Positions 9,257 through 18,823 of a stretch of DNA of 64,000 nt are shown here, in pieces. The DNA lies in contig CAMSCJ010000007.1 of the NCBI GenBank assembly GCA_947056845.1, positions 6,685 to 70,684 on the forward strand. Direction: 5' to 3'. Position numbers and translations under genes: made by a program. The notes beneath the pieces are model-generated. The model ran no database searches. It saw nothing but the letters and a program-made list of their open reading frames with translations, and had not been told where the DNA came from. Numbering within the stretch: the first letter of the stretch is position 1; the number at the start of each line of letters is the position of its first letter. Source of the DNA: an uncultured Mycoplasmatota bacterium (GTDB taxonomy: Bacteria > Bacillota_I > Bacilli_A > RF39 > UBA660).

Positions 9257-9787
9257 TTATTTTAATGCCGAAATTAAATCGGCTTTTTTCATAGTTGAAA
9301 TACCGTCAATACCTTTTTCTTTGGCCATTTCTTTTAATTCAGCAACAGTTAATTTAGATAAATCGGTATTGTCTTCCTTTTTATTAGTTTCTGTTTCTAT
9401 CTTCTTTGTTTCCTTTTTAACAACCTTTTTATCATTTAAAGCACTTTTAGCAATATCAACTAAATTAGTAAATGATACTGGGCTATCAATAGCAATTTCA
9501 CTTAACATTTTACGATTAATTGTTACACCTGCTTTTGAAAGTCCATTAATAAATTTTGAATAACTAATATTATTTTCACGACAAGCAGCATTAATTCTTG
9601 TAATCCATAATTTTCTAAAGTCTCTTTTCTTTTGTCTTCTATCTCTATATGCATATTTTCCTGAATGCATTACTTGTTCTTTAGCACTTTTATATAATCT
9701 ATGTTTACTTCCAAAGTACCCTTTTGCTTCTTTCATTACTTTTGCACGACGGGCACGATGGATTGTTCCACCTTTAACTCTTGGCAT
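9257..9787 (-). CDS. rplT: 50S ribosomal protein L20 with about 57-aa C-terminal extension
   Basis: [17 protein letters not shown]...[22 protein letters not shown] is canonical L20 and would end near ...SALNDKK. It continues with ...[44 protein letters not shown]. Confidence 0.9.
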   Translation of the reverse strand: MPRVKGGTIHRARRAKVMKEAKGYFGSKHRLYKSAKEQVMHSGKYAYRDRRQKKRDFRKLWITRINAACRENNISYSKFINGLSKAGVTINRKMLSEIAIDSPVSFTNLVDIAKSALNDKKVVKKETKKIETETNKKEDNTDLSKLTVAELKEMAKEKGIDGISTMKKADLISALK

Positions 9788-9804
9788 TTCTATTCCTCCT
9801 CAAC

Positions 9805-10002
9805 TTATTTTATTATATCTTTTAATCTGTTATAATCAGCCTTACTTAACATAGAGGCTGTTCTGCCACATCGATTAGAAGCAGCGTTTTTCTTTCCAGT
9901 ATTATGTCTTGTTCCTGGATGACCAATTTTAATAGTTCCGCCTGGTCTTGCTTTGCAAACCTTAGCAGTTCCCTTATGTGTTCTTTGTGTAACTTTTGCC
10001 AT
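9805..10002 (-). CDS. rpmI: 50S ribosomal protein L35
   Basis: MAKVTQRTHKGTAKVCKARPGG..., start at 10002 with RBS AGGAGG. The ORF-track upstream extension was rejected. Confidence 0.9.
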   Translation of the reverse strand: MAKVTQRTHKGTAKVCKARPGGTIKIGHPGTRHNTGKKNAASNRCGRTASMLSKADYNRLKDIIK

Positions 10003-10012
10003 ACATTTCCTC

Positions 10013-10552
10013 CTATTTTTCTTTCTTTGGTGCAAGTATCATATACATTACTCGTCCTTCTAAGGAAGGCGATTGTTCAACACTCGCTACGCTATTTAAA
10101 GTTTCTGCAAAACGAAGTAAAACATTTTTCCCTAATTCTGGGTGAGCCATTTCTCGACCTTTAAAACGAATACTCACCTTTATTTTATGACCTTTTTCTA
10201 AGTATTTAGTTGAATTAATAATTCTAGTGTTAAAGTCATGAACATCAATTGTTACTGATAAACGATATTCTTTCATTTCTAAATTAGTTTCTCTTTGTCG
10301 TTTTTGATTTTCTTTTTGTTTCTTCTTAGTTTCATATTTAAACTTATTATAATCCATTATTTTACAAACTTGTGGTGTAGAATTTGGATTAATAAGGACA
10401 AGATCAAACCCAGCATAGCTTGCCAAAGTTAAGGCATCTTTAATAGGTTTAATTCCTAATTTTTCTCCATTTGGTCCAATAACCATTACTTCTTTTGCTC
10501 TAATCTGTTCATTAATAAACAAATCTTTTTCTTTATTTGCGATATTTGACAC
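10013..10552 (-). CDS. infC: translation initiation factor IF-3
   Basis: Aligns to B. subtilis IF3 (IRAKEVMVIGPNGEKLGI...MDYNKFKYE...IRFKGREMAHPELG). No AUG start. GTG sits immediately after GGAGG, with an in-frame AUC 9 nt downstream. A non-canonical start is classical for infC. Confidence 0.9.
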   Translation of the reverse strand: MSNIANKEKDLFINEQIRAKEVMVIGPNGEKLGIKPIKDALTLASYAGFDLVLINPNSTPQVCKIMDYNKFKYETKKKQKENQKRQRETNLEMKEYRLSVTIDVHDFNTRIINSTKYLEKGHKIKVSIRFKGREMAHPELGKNVLLRFAETLNSVASVEQSPSLEGRVMYMILAPKKEK

Positions 10553-10810
10553 CTCCAGAACAAAATTAAAAAAATATCAATTTTAAATTTTGTTTCTAAA
10601 TATTATAGATTTAAACTTTTTAGTTTAAACCTTGATAGCTAGTAGTAATCTACTATAAATTTAAAAAATGGGCGCATAATAAGCACCCACTAAATCTAGT
10701 CTAAATAAAACATATAAAAATATTTTTATTTTATTAGCCTTTAACCCAAAACTATTTGTAATCGGGTGAGAAGTGGATACTTCTTCTTTCCTTTTTTTAA
10801 ACTATTAATA
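10553..10810 (-). promoter_or_regulatory. infC-rpmI-rplT leader (candidate L20-responsive attenuator)
   Basis: About 250-nt leader after the promoter, with hairpins GAGAAGUGGAUACUUCUUC and UGGGUGC...GCGCCCA. L20 autoregulation of this operon is established in Bacillus. Structure not verified. Confidence 0.35.
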
Positions 10811-10839
10811 ATTATAATAATAATATAGTATTTTGTCAA
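10811..10839 (-). promoter_or_regulatory. infC operon promoter (TTGACA complement 10834-10839, 17 nt, TATAAT complement 10811-10816)
   Basis: Perfect consensus hexamers on the minus strand. Confidence 0.55.
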
Positions 10840-10870
10840 TACCATTTATAATATTTTTTAATAAATTGAA

Positions 10871-12265
10871 TTATACATTATTAATATATGCAATTATATC
10901 ATCAAGTATTTCTTTAAAATTTAGTCCGTTAGATGCTTTCATTAAAATAGTATCATCAGGAAGAATTATATTTTTCAATAAATTAATAGCACTTGTAGTA
11001 TCATCAAAGCTATAGACATTTTGTTTATTCATTCCCAACTCAATTACCTTTTTAGCAATTAATCTAGCCTCTTTTCCTACAGTAATTAAAATATCTATTT
11101 TATCATTAAAAACGGTTTCTCCAACTTCTTCATGTAATTGATTGGAAAATTCTCCAAGTTCAAGCATACTACCCAAAACAGCTATTTTTCTTTTTCCAGT
11201 TTGATTTTTAAGTATTTCCAAATTAGCCTTCATTGAATCAACACTAGCATTATAAACACCGTCAATAATTTTAATTTGTTTTTTTAAATTAATTATTTCC
11301 ATTCTATTCTTTGTTAATTTAAAATCACTGATACCATCTATTATCTTATCATATCCAATTCCTAATAATGTAGCGGTTGCAAATGCAACTAGGCTATTAT
11401 ATATAAATACTTTACCGGGTATTGGGCAATCGATTTTATATTTTTTTTCGAGATATTTAATATTAAAAGTTGAATGATTAGGATAATATTCAATGTCAGT
11501 AGCTACAAAATCACTATCATTATCAATACCAATAGTAACAATATTTCCTTTATTTTTTAAATAGTATTCATGTAGCAAATCATTATCATTATTAATGATT
11601 AGTTTTCCATCATTATCCATTCCACTTAAAATTTCTAATTTAGCTTTTAATATGTTTTCCCTACTACCAAGTTCACCAATATGGGCAGTTCCAACATTAG
11701 TAATAACCGCAATATGTGGTTTTGTTATATTGGATAAATATTCGATTTCACCCAAATGGTTCATTCCCATCTCTATAACGCCAACTTGTTCATCATTTAA
11801 TCGCATTAAAGTAAGTGGCAGGCCAATTTGATTATTAGCATTGCTATCAGTTTTTAATGTCTTAAATTCTTTTTTTAAAACACTATAAATCATATCCCTC
11901 GTACTCGTTTTTCCAACACTACCTGTTACACCTATAAATTTGGCAGTAGAATTATTTCGAATATATTCAGCAATATCTTTTAATGCCTCAATACTATTTT
12001 TTATCAAAATAATGGGTTTATCATACTTAAAACCGTTATCAATTTTAAAAGAGTCTTCTTCCAAAATTACACAATTAGCGTTCTTTTTAAAAGCTTCTAT
12101 ATAAAAATCATTACCATCAAAATTATCGCCTTTAATACCTATATAAGTATCCCCATCATTTATAATTCTTGTATCCTTAACAAAATTAGTACATATAACA
12201 TTATCACTTCCGCAATAAAGTTTTCCATTACAAATTTTAGTTATCTCTTTCACACTTAATTTCAT
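10871..12265 (-). CDS. murF: UDP-N-acetylmuramoyl-tripeptide--D-alanyl-D-alanine ligase
   Basis: Mur ligase motifs (GVTGSVGKTSTRDM). Start MKLSVKEI at 12265 with RBS GGAGG. Confidence 0.9.
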   Translation of the reverse strand: MKLSVKEITKICNGKLYCGSDNVICTNFVKDTRIINDGDTYIGIKGDNFDGNDFYIEAFKKNANCVILEEDSFKIDNGFKYDKPIILIKNSIEALKDIAEYIRNNSTAKFIGVTGSVGKTSTRDMIYSVLKKEFKTLKTDSNANNQIGLPLTLMRLNDEQVGVIEMGMNHLGEIEYLSNITKPHIAVITNVGTAHIGELGSRENILKAKLEILSGMDNDGKLIINNDNDLLHEYYLKNKGNIVTIGIDNDSDFVATDIEYYPNHSTFNIKYLEKKYKIDCPIPGKVFIYNSLVAFATATLLGIGYDKIIDGISDFKLTKNRMEIINLKKQIKIIDGVYNASVDSMKANLEILKNQTGKRKIAVLGSMLELGEFSNQLHEEVGETVFNDKIDILITVGKEARLIAKKVIELGMNKQNVYSFDDTTSAINLLKNIILPDDTILMKASNGLNFKEILDDIIAYINNV

Positions 12266-12394
12266 TTTAAAGCCTCCAAAACACAATCATAATATCATAA
12301 AATTATATGCAACGCAAATCATGTTTTTGCATAGATGTTGAAATATAAAAATAATAATGTTATAATATTTAACTATGTAGGAGATGAATTAAAT

Positions 12395-12880
12395 ATGGAT
12401 GAGAAAGTAATAGAAGAAATAATTAACAATCCAAATAAAGTTGTAGAATTAATTAACATATTAAATGATAGTTTTGAAAATATTTATTTTGGCTTAACTA
12501 TGAAAGATTTATTAGAACTTGGAATCGACAATATAAATTATGAATTAATTACTAGGGACGCTATATCATATTATAAAACGGGGGAATGCGACACGTATGC
12601 GACAATACTATGTGAAATATTTGGTCCTTATGCTACTAAATATAGTTCGGAGGATCATGTCGTTACAAAAATAGGTAATCATTTTTACGATGTTAGAGGC
12701 TTACGAGACCAATATGTAGGAAACGATTTTCAAAAAGAAAGTCCGTATTATATTGATGTTCACTTCGGAAAACGCGATAATCTTTCAAAGCCTATTGCCG
12801 AGCAACTAATTATGATTGGTAAAAATGTTCTAGATAGATATAAGGAACATACAAAGAAAAAAATATATGATAGATTCTAA
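12395..12880 (+). CDS. hypothetical protein
   Basis: 162-aa ORF. Start MDEKVIEE chosen from RBS TAGGAG. No recognisable motif. Confidence 0.5.
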   Translation: MDEKVIEEIINNPNKVVELINILNDSFENIYFGLTMKDLLELGIDNINYELITRDAISYYKTGECDTYATILCEIFGPYATKYSSEDHVVTKIGNHFYDVRGLRDQYVGNDFQKESPYYIDVHFGKRDNLSKPIAEQLIMIGKNVLDRYKEHTKKKIYDRF

Positions 12881-13038
12881 ATTATCAATGATTTTTATTT
12901 TAAGCAAAGGGATTACTAAATAATTAAGCTTTATAATCTCTTTTTTTATTTTCTTTATTGCTAAAGAAGAATCATTAATATAAAAAATATAAAATTCAAA
13001 AGTATTTTTTTGTCCTAGTATTTAATCTTTAATAAATG

Positions 13039-13067
13039 TTGACAAATCACAAAAATAATTATAGAAT
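13039..13067 (+). promoter_or_regulatory. promoter (TTGACA 13039-13044, 17 nt, TAGAAT 13062-13067)
   Basis: Read directly. Precedes the ORF at 13135. Confidence 0.45.
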
Positions 13068-13134
13068 ATAATTCAAATAATCAAAATTTAAATATTATTA
13101 ATTAAACAATTAATAGTAAGAAGGAGAGATTTAT

Positions 13135-13659
13135 ATGGAACAAAAAAAGCAAGTTATGGTAAAAATAAAACCATTTCTTATAGGTTTAACACAATTATTA
13201 ACAATATTTGAAAATAGAAATTTCAAATATAAAATTGAAAATTATTCACATTATGGAGATAATGACGATGAACAAAACCTTGTTTGGCATGAAGAAAATT
13301 ATAAAAATCATTTAGTATGTTCAGAAAATGAAACTTTGTTTAGATATTCTAAACTAATTAGTTCTATAACTAGAATTGATAATGATAATAAAGTAAATAA
13401 ATTAGAATATGATGCTAATTACGAAGATTTTAATAAGATAAAACACGCAATTTTGCCACTTGTCAGAATATATCCTTACCTATCATACTTTATAGAGCAA
13501 ATAGAAACAATTTGTTCTAAAAATAATGGAAATATTACTGTAACACAAATTTTATTATTAGCTAGAGATTATATAAATAATAATAGTAAAACAGATAAAG
13601 ATAAATGTAAAATGTTTAGTAAAATAATTTCATGTATGGCTAAAAACGAGAAGAAATAA
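13135..13659 (+). CDS. hypothetical protein
   Basis: 174 aa. Strong RBS AAGGAGAG. No recognisable motif. Confidence 0.55.
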   Translation: MEQKKQVMVKIKPFLIGLTQLLTIFENRNFKYKIENYSHYGDNDDEQNLVWHEENYKNHLVCSENETLFRYSKLISSITRIDNDNKVNKLEYDANYEDFNKIKHAILPLVRIYPYLSYFIEQIETICSKNNGNITVTQILLLARDYINNNSKTDKDKCKMFSKIISCMAKNEKK

Positions 13660-13796
13660 TTGTATAGAAAATACACTAATATGTGTGTTTTTTTTGTTTT
13701 AAAGTAAAAGTTAAAAAAAACCAAGTTATACCTTTAATAATTTGACAATATAAATACTTATTGTTATATCAACATAATATTAAATGGGAGGTATTT

Positions 13797-14552
13797 ATGT
13801 TAAATTTATATGATGATACCATATTGCAAACTGTTTTAAAATTAGATGAAAAATTAAAAAGGATTGAATACGGTAGTATAGTTAATTATTATAATTTACT
13901 GGGTGTGAATTTAGATTGTAATAAAGATGAATTAAAAAAACATTATTGCAAATTAAAAAAATTTATTGAAACCCATAATAACTCTTTTACTGAAAAAGAG
14001 ATTCAGGAAATAACCGAGGGGTACAAAAGATTCACAAGTGTTTTAGGAGCTACTTGGTATGAACATAATGTTGGTAAAAATGGAGCTTTTAATATCCAAA
14101 TATTGTATAATAATAATAAACGTTTTTATGATATGTTTAGTGTTTTAGACGCACAAAAAGGAAACCAAATAACCGTTAAATATTTAGAACATAATCATAA
14201 TGAATTTGTTGAAAAAACAGCAAATGGAATATTAAATAGTAGCGTCGGATATGACAGTATCCTTATTAGTTTATTTAATGTAGAAAATAGTATAACAAAG
14301 AAAATAGATTTTCTAGGTAAAGAAACTGCTATAATAGAAATATCTAATGAATCTAAAAATATTATATATAATAATCCCTATTTAGTTGATGTTAACAAAA
14401 GAGAACTATATAATAGTAATACTGTAAACGCTTTTAGAATTATTTGCTATAATTTCTATATGGCAAAAATTATTGATATTATAGAGAATGCTGATGTTAT
14501 AAACGGCGATAAAGATCAAAAAGGTTCATATATGAAAAAATATAGTGAATAA
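13797..14552 (+). CDS. hypothetical protein with degenerate J-domain-like segment
   Basis: Start MLNLYDD after RBS GGGAGG. NYYNLLGVNLDCNKDELKKHYCKLKKFIETHN resembles DnaJ helix II/III but lacks the HPD tripeptide. Confidence 0.5.
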   Translation: MLNLYDDTILQTVLKLDEKLKRIEYGSIVNYYNLLGVNLDCNKDELKKHYCKLKKFIETHNNSFTEKEIQEITEGYKRFTSVLGATWYEHNVGKNGAFNIQILYNNNKRFYDMFSVLDAQKGNQITVKYLEHNHNEFVEKTANGILNSSVGYDSILISLFNVENSITKKIDFLGKETAIIEISNESKNIIYNNPYLVDVNKRELYNSNTVNAFRIICYNFYMAKIIDIIENADVINGDKDQKGSYMKKYSE

Positions 14553-14618
14553 TAAACACACTATATTTTTTTTATTATAATCTCCCGAATCTTAATATTA
14601 CTTATTACTTAAAATAAT

Positions 14619-14978
14619 TTAACACTCTTTTATCGTTTTTATTAATTCTTTGCTTTTTTTAGGTATCTCAGTTAAACTAATTTTCGATAATTCATTATAT
14701 ATAATATTAAATAAAGATTTAGGATTTTTTAATATTGCTTCCATTTGTAATTTTAAGTTAAACAGTATATTATTCATAAATTCCTCAAGATTTTTATAAC
14801 CACTTTTTATATATTCTATTTCACGCCTTTTTTTGACTGTATGAAAAAATAAAATATTTCTTATGAGAAATCTAACCATGATATCATCTAAATTTGTAAC
14901 ATTAGATATATCTTTATTTTCATGATAGCGATAAATATATTTTAACTTTTTAAGTATGATAGATTTCTTTTCGCTCAA
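14619..14978 (-). CDS. hypothetical protein
   Basis: 119-aa ORF, no motif. Confidence 0.45.
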   Translation of the reverse strand: MSEKKSIILKKLKYIYRYHENKDISNVTNLDDIMVRFLIRNILFFHTVKKRREIEYIKSGYKNLEEFMNNILFNLKLQMEAILKNPKSLFNIIYNELSKISLTEIPKKSKELIKTIKEC

Positions 14979-15194
14979 ATTTTGTTGAAATAATAATTAT
15001 AAAATTATATTGGCAATATCGCCATCAATTGTTAAAAACCTAGATTTATATTTAGGAAGTCTAAAAGTCTTTTATTAAATGAGTCTCATGTTGCAAAGCT
15101 TTCTCTAAAATAGTACAACCATAGTCTGTAATAAAATCAATATTACGATATGTATCATTTTATAAAAAAATGTCATGAAGACACTTTGTTTTTT

Positions 15195-15812
15195 TTATCG
15201 CTTTCTAGACTTTTCAATAAAGTCTATATCAATATCATTTTTTTCACATAAACCTTCAAGCTGTAATCTTATATCTTCGCGAGTAGTAAGATCATAAAGA
15301 TTTAAAATAACATTAGAACTATACTCCTCGTGATTTACATATAATTCCCTAAAATATTTATCTCTTTTTTGTTCTCGCGCATCTATTTCCTCTAAACTAC
15401 TGCCTCTAGATACTAAAGACTCACGCCATTTTTCTAATTCCTCATCAGCATACCCACGATATATAAAATATGGCACAACATTTCCTTGATAATCTTCTAA
15501 CATTTTCAGCATATTCTGATAATTTGGGCAAACAACTATAGGGCTTTTTCCAATAGTTAATACTTTATCTAAATCAGTTTTACGAATGCCATACCATCTA
15601 CCATTCTCAGCACCTTCATAATAATAATCTAATTTTTTTATTTCATCAATAGGTGTTGAAAAAATAGAAGAAATAGAATTTTCTTCTCCATTTCTTGGAT
15701 TACGCGAAATATATCTTTTTACTACCTCAATAGATTCGTATTCATTAGCAACAGATAAAACAAAATCCTTACCTGATCCACTATCGCCTACTAATAAAAT
15801 TATTTTATTCAT
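15195..15812 (-). CDS. P-loop NTPase / putative small-molecule kinase
   Basis: Walker A LLVGDSGSGKDFV at the N-terminus. Family not assignable by eye. Confidence 0.55.
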   Translation of the reverse strand: MNKIILLVGDSGSGKDFVLSVANEYESIEVVKRYISRNPRNGEENSISSIFSTPIDEIKKLDYYYEGAENGRWYGIRKTDLDKVLTIGKSPIVVCPNYQNMLKMLEDYQGNVVPYFIYRGYADEELEKWRESLVSRGSSLEEIDAREQKRDKYFRELYVNHEEYSSNVILNLYDLTTREDIRLQLEGLCEKNDIDIDFIEKSRKR

Positions 15813-15824
15813 ATAATACCTCTA

Positions 15825-16037
15825 TTATTTTAATTTTTTAGTTAATTGATTACCACTTATATTTTCGTTATTGTTATTAATATTTTGTGTTCTTTGTTCA
15901 CATAATTTTGCTAAATATACAGTATCTATACGATTTGAGTCAATAAATCCACCTTTAACTTTTTTATTATTACTTAATGGTTTATGCATTAGAAAGATAA
16001 ATTTTCTTTCATTTGAACCTGGTTTCAATTTCTGCAT
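15825..16037 (-). CDS. small hypothetical protein (70 aa)
   Basis: ORF only. Sits between two genes of an apparent operon. Confidence 0.4.
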   Translation of the reverse strand: MQKLKPGSNERKFIFLMHKPLSNNKKVKGGFIDSNRIDTVYLAKLCEQRTQNINNNNENISGNQLTKKLK

Positions 16038-16075
16038 AATTTCTCCTTTTTATAATATTTTAAATTAATAAACAC

Positions 16076-16459
16076 TTAGTTATGATTCTTGTTGTAATTA
16101 ATTTTTTTAACATTACCTTTATAATTTTGAAGCATATTAATTTTTTCAGTTTCTAAAGCTATAAAGAAATCAATAAATAATTGTTTGTCTAATAAAATAC
16201 TTTGCATATCACTAGATAGCATATATATATCCCAACTTCTTGAAACAGAGATAATTCCATTTCTTATTTCAAAGCCTTGGCTATCTGGTAAGCCGGAAGT
16301 AACAACTGCATCTATTTTTTCTTCATTGAATTTTTGTTGTAAAAATTGTGAAAATCTTTGCAATTCTGATACACTAATAAAATTTTCCCCTAATATTTCT
16401 TCTTTGGCACTTGCTAATGCAACAGCAATCCATTCTTTTCTTAAAAATTGCGTTCCCAT
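16076..16459 (-). CDS. hypothetical protein
   Basis: 127 aa. RBS GGAGGCAGT upstream of ATG 16459. Confidence 0.5.
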   Translation of the reverse strand: MGTQFLRKEWIAVALASAKEEILGENFISVSELQRFSQFLQQKFNEEKIDAVVTSGLPDSQGFEIRNGIISVSRSWDIYMLSSDMQSILLDKQLFIDFFIALETEKINMLQNYKGNVKKINYNKNHN

Positions 16460-16477
16460 ACTGCCTCCTATAAATTA

Positions 16478-16502
16478 ATCTTTTCTTTTCCGCCCATATA
16501 TG
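16478..16502. repeat. 25-bp perfect direct repeat, copy A (relic of serS 3' end)
   Basis: ATCTTTTCTTTTCCGCCCATATATG. In the serS frame it reads ...LQSYMGGKEKINL*, against the real serS end ...LRPYMGGKEKIEIK*. Confidence 0.7.
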
Positions 16503-16530
16503 ATTGTAAAACTTTAGAAATTTTTATATT

Positions 16531-17454
16531 CTATCTACAATTTTTTAAATATATTTTAGTCAGTTTTTCGTCTGTTTTACAATTTTTCATTTCATCTGTT
16601 AAATCAAATTTTTCAACTTCTTCTAAGCTTGGCAAATTATGACACTGACCATCAAAAATATTGGTCATTCTGAATCCTTGGAAAGCCATCATTTTCTTTA
16701 TGTTCTTTCCATTATTAGTTACTCGTAATGCCCACCCGTGACCTGCAGATTGGAACATAGTGTATTCTTCATTTGCTTTTTCATATTCAAAATCGAAAAT
16801 ATCATGACGATATTTTCGACCATTTTTTTCTGTAAAACGGCTATGAAGTAAATGATATTCTAAATCTAATCCACAATAATATTTTTCTAAAAAAATTAAT
16901 TTTTCTTCTTCATCTGTAATATCATAGGTTGCATGTGCTAATGACCATGGATTACTAGCAATAGTTACGAATGGAGTATCTTTACTAAGATGCCAACACA
17001 CATCTGCATTCAAATATTCTATTTTCTCCATATTCTCTTTAAAAGTTTTTGCTAAATCTGGATTTTTATTTAAATCCCAGTCAAATAAATTATCATAATA
17101 TAAATTTGAACATAGTTCTCTTCTATCCAACATGTCATTATCTTCCAAAAACTTTTTAATATTAGGATATCTTTCTAAAATCTCGTTCCACTTTTCTTTT
17201 GTTGGTGCAATTGTGAACCAGTGATGGACTTCAAGCATTCGCAAACAATTTTTCTCAGAAATAGGTAAATTTCTTATTTCATAAGCAAACTTAGTAAATT
17301 CTTCTACTCCATTTTCTATCAAATATTCAAAAAATTTAATAAATTGCCCTGTTTTCCAAGGTTTTACAATTGTATCTTCATTTAATATATAATTTTGATG
17401 TTCTTCTATCCATCCCATTTTAAACCACCCTAAATTTATTGTACCAAATTCCAA
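16531..17454 (-). CDS. hypothetical protein (flanked by the 25-bp direct repeats)
   Basis: 307-aa ORF, no recognisable motif. Weak RBS. Confidence 0.55.
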   Translation of the reverse strand: MEFGTINLGWFKMGWIEEHQNYILNEDTIVKPWKTGQFIKFFEYLIENGVEEFTKFAYEIRNLPISEKNCLRMLEVHHWFTIAPTKEKWNEILERYPNIKKFLEDNDMLDRRELCSNLYYDNLFDWDLNKNPDLAKTFKENMEKIEYLNADVCWHLSKDTPFVTIASNPWSLAHATYDITDEEEKLIFLEKYYCGLDLEYHLLHSRFTEKNGRKYRHDIFDFEYEKANEEYTMFQSAGHGWALRVTNNGKNIKKMMAFQGFRMTNIFDGQCHNLPSLEEVEKFDLTDEMKNCKTDEKLTKIYLKNCR

Positions 17455-17539
17455 ACCACAAGTAAATGTAATCTTTATTAATTTATTTAATCCTAATTAA
17501 CTAATTTTGTTGAACAGTAATGTATATTGGACCATTTCT

Positions 17540-18823
17540 TTATTTTATTTCTATCTTTTCTTTTCCGCCCATATATGGTCGTAAAGATGCAGGAATTTTT
17601 ATACTTCCATCTTCACAATAATTATTTTCTATTACAGCGATTAATCCTCTTGGTGTTGCAAGTACTGTATTATTCAAGGTTGTTACATAAGAGTTACCAC
17701 TTTCACCTTTCATACGAATACCAAGTCTTCTTGCTTGAGCATCTCCTAAAGTGGAACAAGAACCAACCTCAAAATATTTTTGTTGTCTTGGACTCCAAGC
17801 TTCAACATCACATGATTTTACTTTTAAATCGGCTAAATCACCAGAACAGCATTCAAGGGTTCGAACTGGAACATCTAAACTTCTAAAAAATTCAACCGTA
17901 TAACTCCACATCTTGTTATACCAATCAAAAGCTTCTTCTGGTTTGCACAAAACAACCATCTCTTGCTTTTCAAATTGATGAACACGATATAAACCTCTTT
18001 CTTCTATACCATGAGCACCTACTTCTTTTCTAAAACATGGTGAATAAGAAGTTAAGGTAATTGGAAGATCACTTTCTTTAACAATTTGTCCTTGAAATTT
18101 TCCAATCATTGAATGTTCACTAGTTCCAATTAAATAAAGATCTTCATTTTCGATTTTATACATCATCGCGTCCATCTCTTCAAAACTCATAACCCCCGTT
18201 ACAACATCGCTATGAATCATAAAAGGTGGAACACAATATGTAAAACCTTTATCAATCATAAAATCACGAGCATAACTAAGCATGGCTGAATGTAATCTTG
18301 CAATATCTCCCATTAGATAATAGAAACCATTACCACTAGTTCTGCCAGCACTTATTTTATCTAAACCATTTAATTTTTCAATAATGTCGGCATGATATGG
18401 TATTTCATAATTAGGAACAATTGGCTCCCCAAATTTTTCAATTTCAACATTTTTGCTATCATCTTCGCCAATTGGGACACTATCATCAATGATATTAGGA
18501 ATCACTAACATTTTTTCCCTAATTTCCGTTTCTAGGCGTTTTTCTTCTTGTTCTAATTCTAAAATATCATTAGCGCATTTGGCAATTTCTTCTTTTATTT
18601 TTAACGCCTCATCTTTTTTACCATCACGCATTAAATTACCAATTAAATCACTTTTTTGATTTTTTAAACTACGTAGATTATCACCCTTTAATTTACATTC
18701 ACGATACTTTTTATCCAATTCATATATTTCATCTACTAAGGGGATTTTATGATTTTGAAATTTCTTTTTTATGTTTTCAATTACTAATTCTTTATTTTCT
18801 CTAATTAATTTTATATCTATCAT
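17540..18823 (-). CDS. serS: serine--tRNA ligase
   Basis: N-terminal coiled-coil arm plus class II core (…TSEHSMIG…, GLYRVHQFEKQEMVVLC). Starts 8 nt after the murD stop. No T-box leader. Confidence 0.95.
   Translation of the reverse strand: MIDIKLIRENKELVIENIKKKFQNHKIPLVDEIYELDKKYRECKLKGDNLRSLKNQKSDLIGNLMRDGKKDEALKIKEEIAKCANDILELEQEEKRLETEIREKMLVIPNIIDDSVPIGEDDSKNVEIEKFGEPIVPNYEIPYHADIIEKLNGLDKISAGRTSGNGFYYLMGDIARLHSAMLSYARDFMIDKGFTYCVPPFMIHSDVVTGVMSFEEMDAMMYKIENEDLYLIGTSEHSMIGKFQGQIVKESDLPITLTSYSPCFRKEVGAHGIEERGLYRVHQFEKQEMVVLCKPEEAFDWYNKMWSYTVEFFRSLDVPVRTLECCSGDLADLKVKSCDVEAWSPRQQKYFEVGSCSTLGDAQARRLGIRMKGESGNSYVTTLNNTVLATPRGLIAVIENNYCEDGSIKIPASLRPYMGGKEKIEIK
17553..17577. repeat. 25-bp perfect direct repeat, copy B (inside the 3' end of serS)
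   Basis: Identical to 16478-16502. Flanks show a further 10-12 nt of diverged similarity. Confidence 0.7.

Noticed and set aside
9321-10164. ORFs 9321-9563 and 9904-10164 antisense to rplT, rpmI and infC
   Set aside because: Overlap highly conserved ribosomal genes on the opposite strand.
16185-16642. Plus-strand ORFs 16185-16478 and 16448-16642 overlapping repeat copy A
   Set aside because: Antisense to the 16076-16459 gene, or spanning the intergenic relic. The meaningful frame is the minus-strand serS-end relic.
17527-17886. 119-aa plus-strand ORF overlapping the serS 3' end
   Set aside because: Antisense to serS. H/L/F-rich low-complexity sequence.
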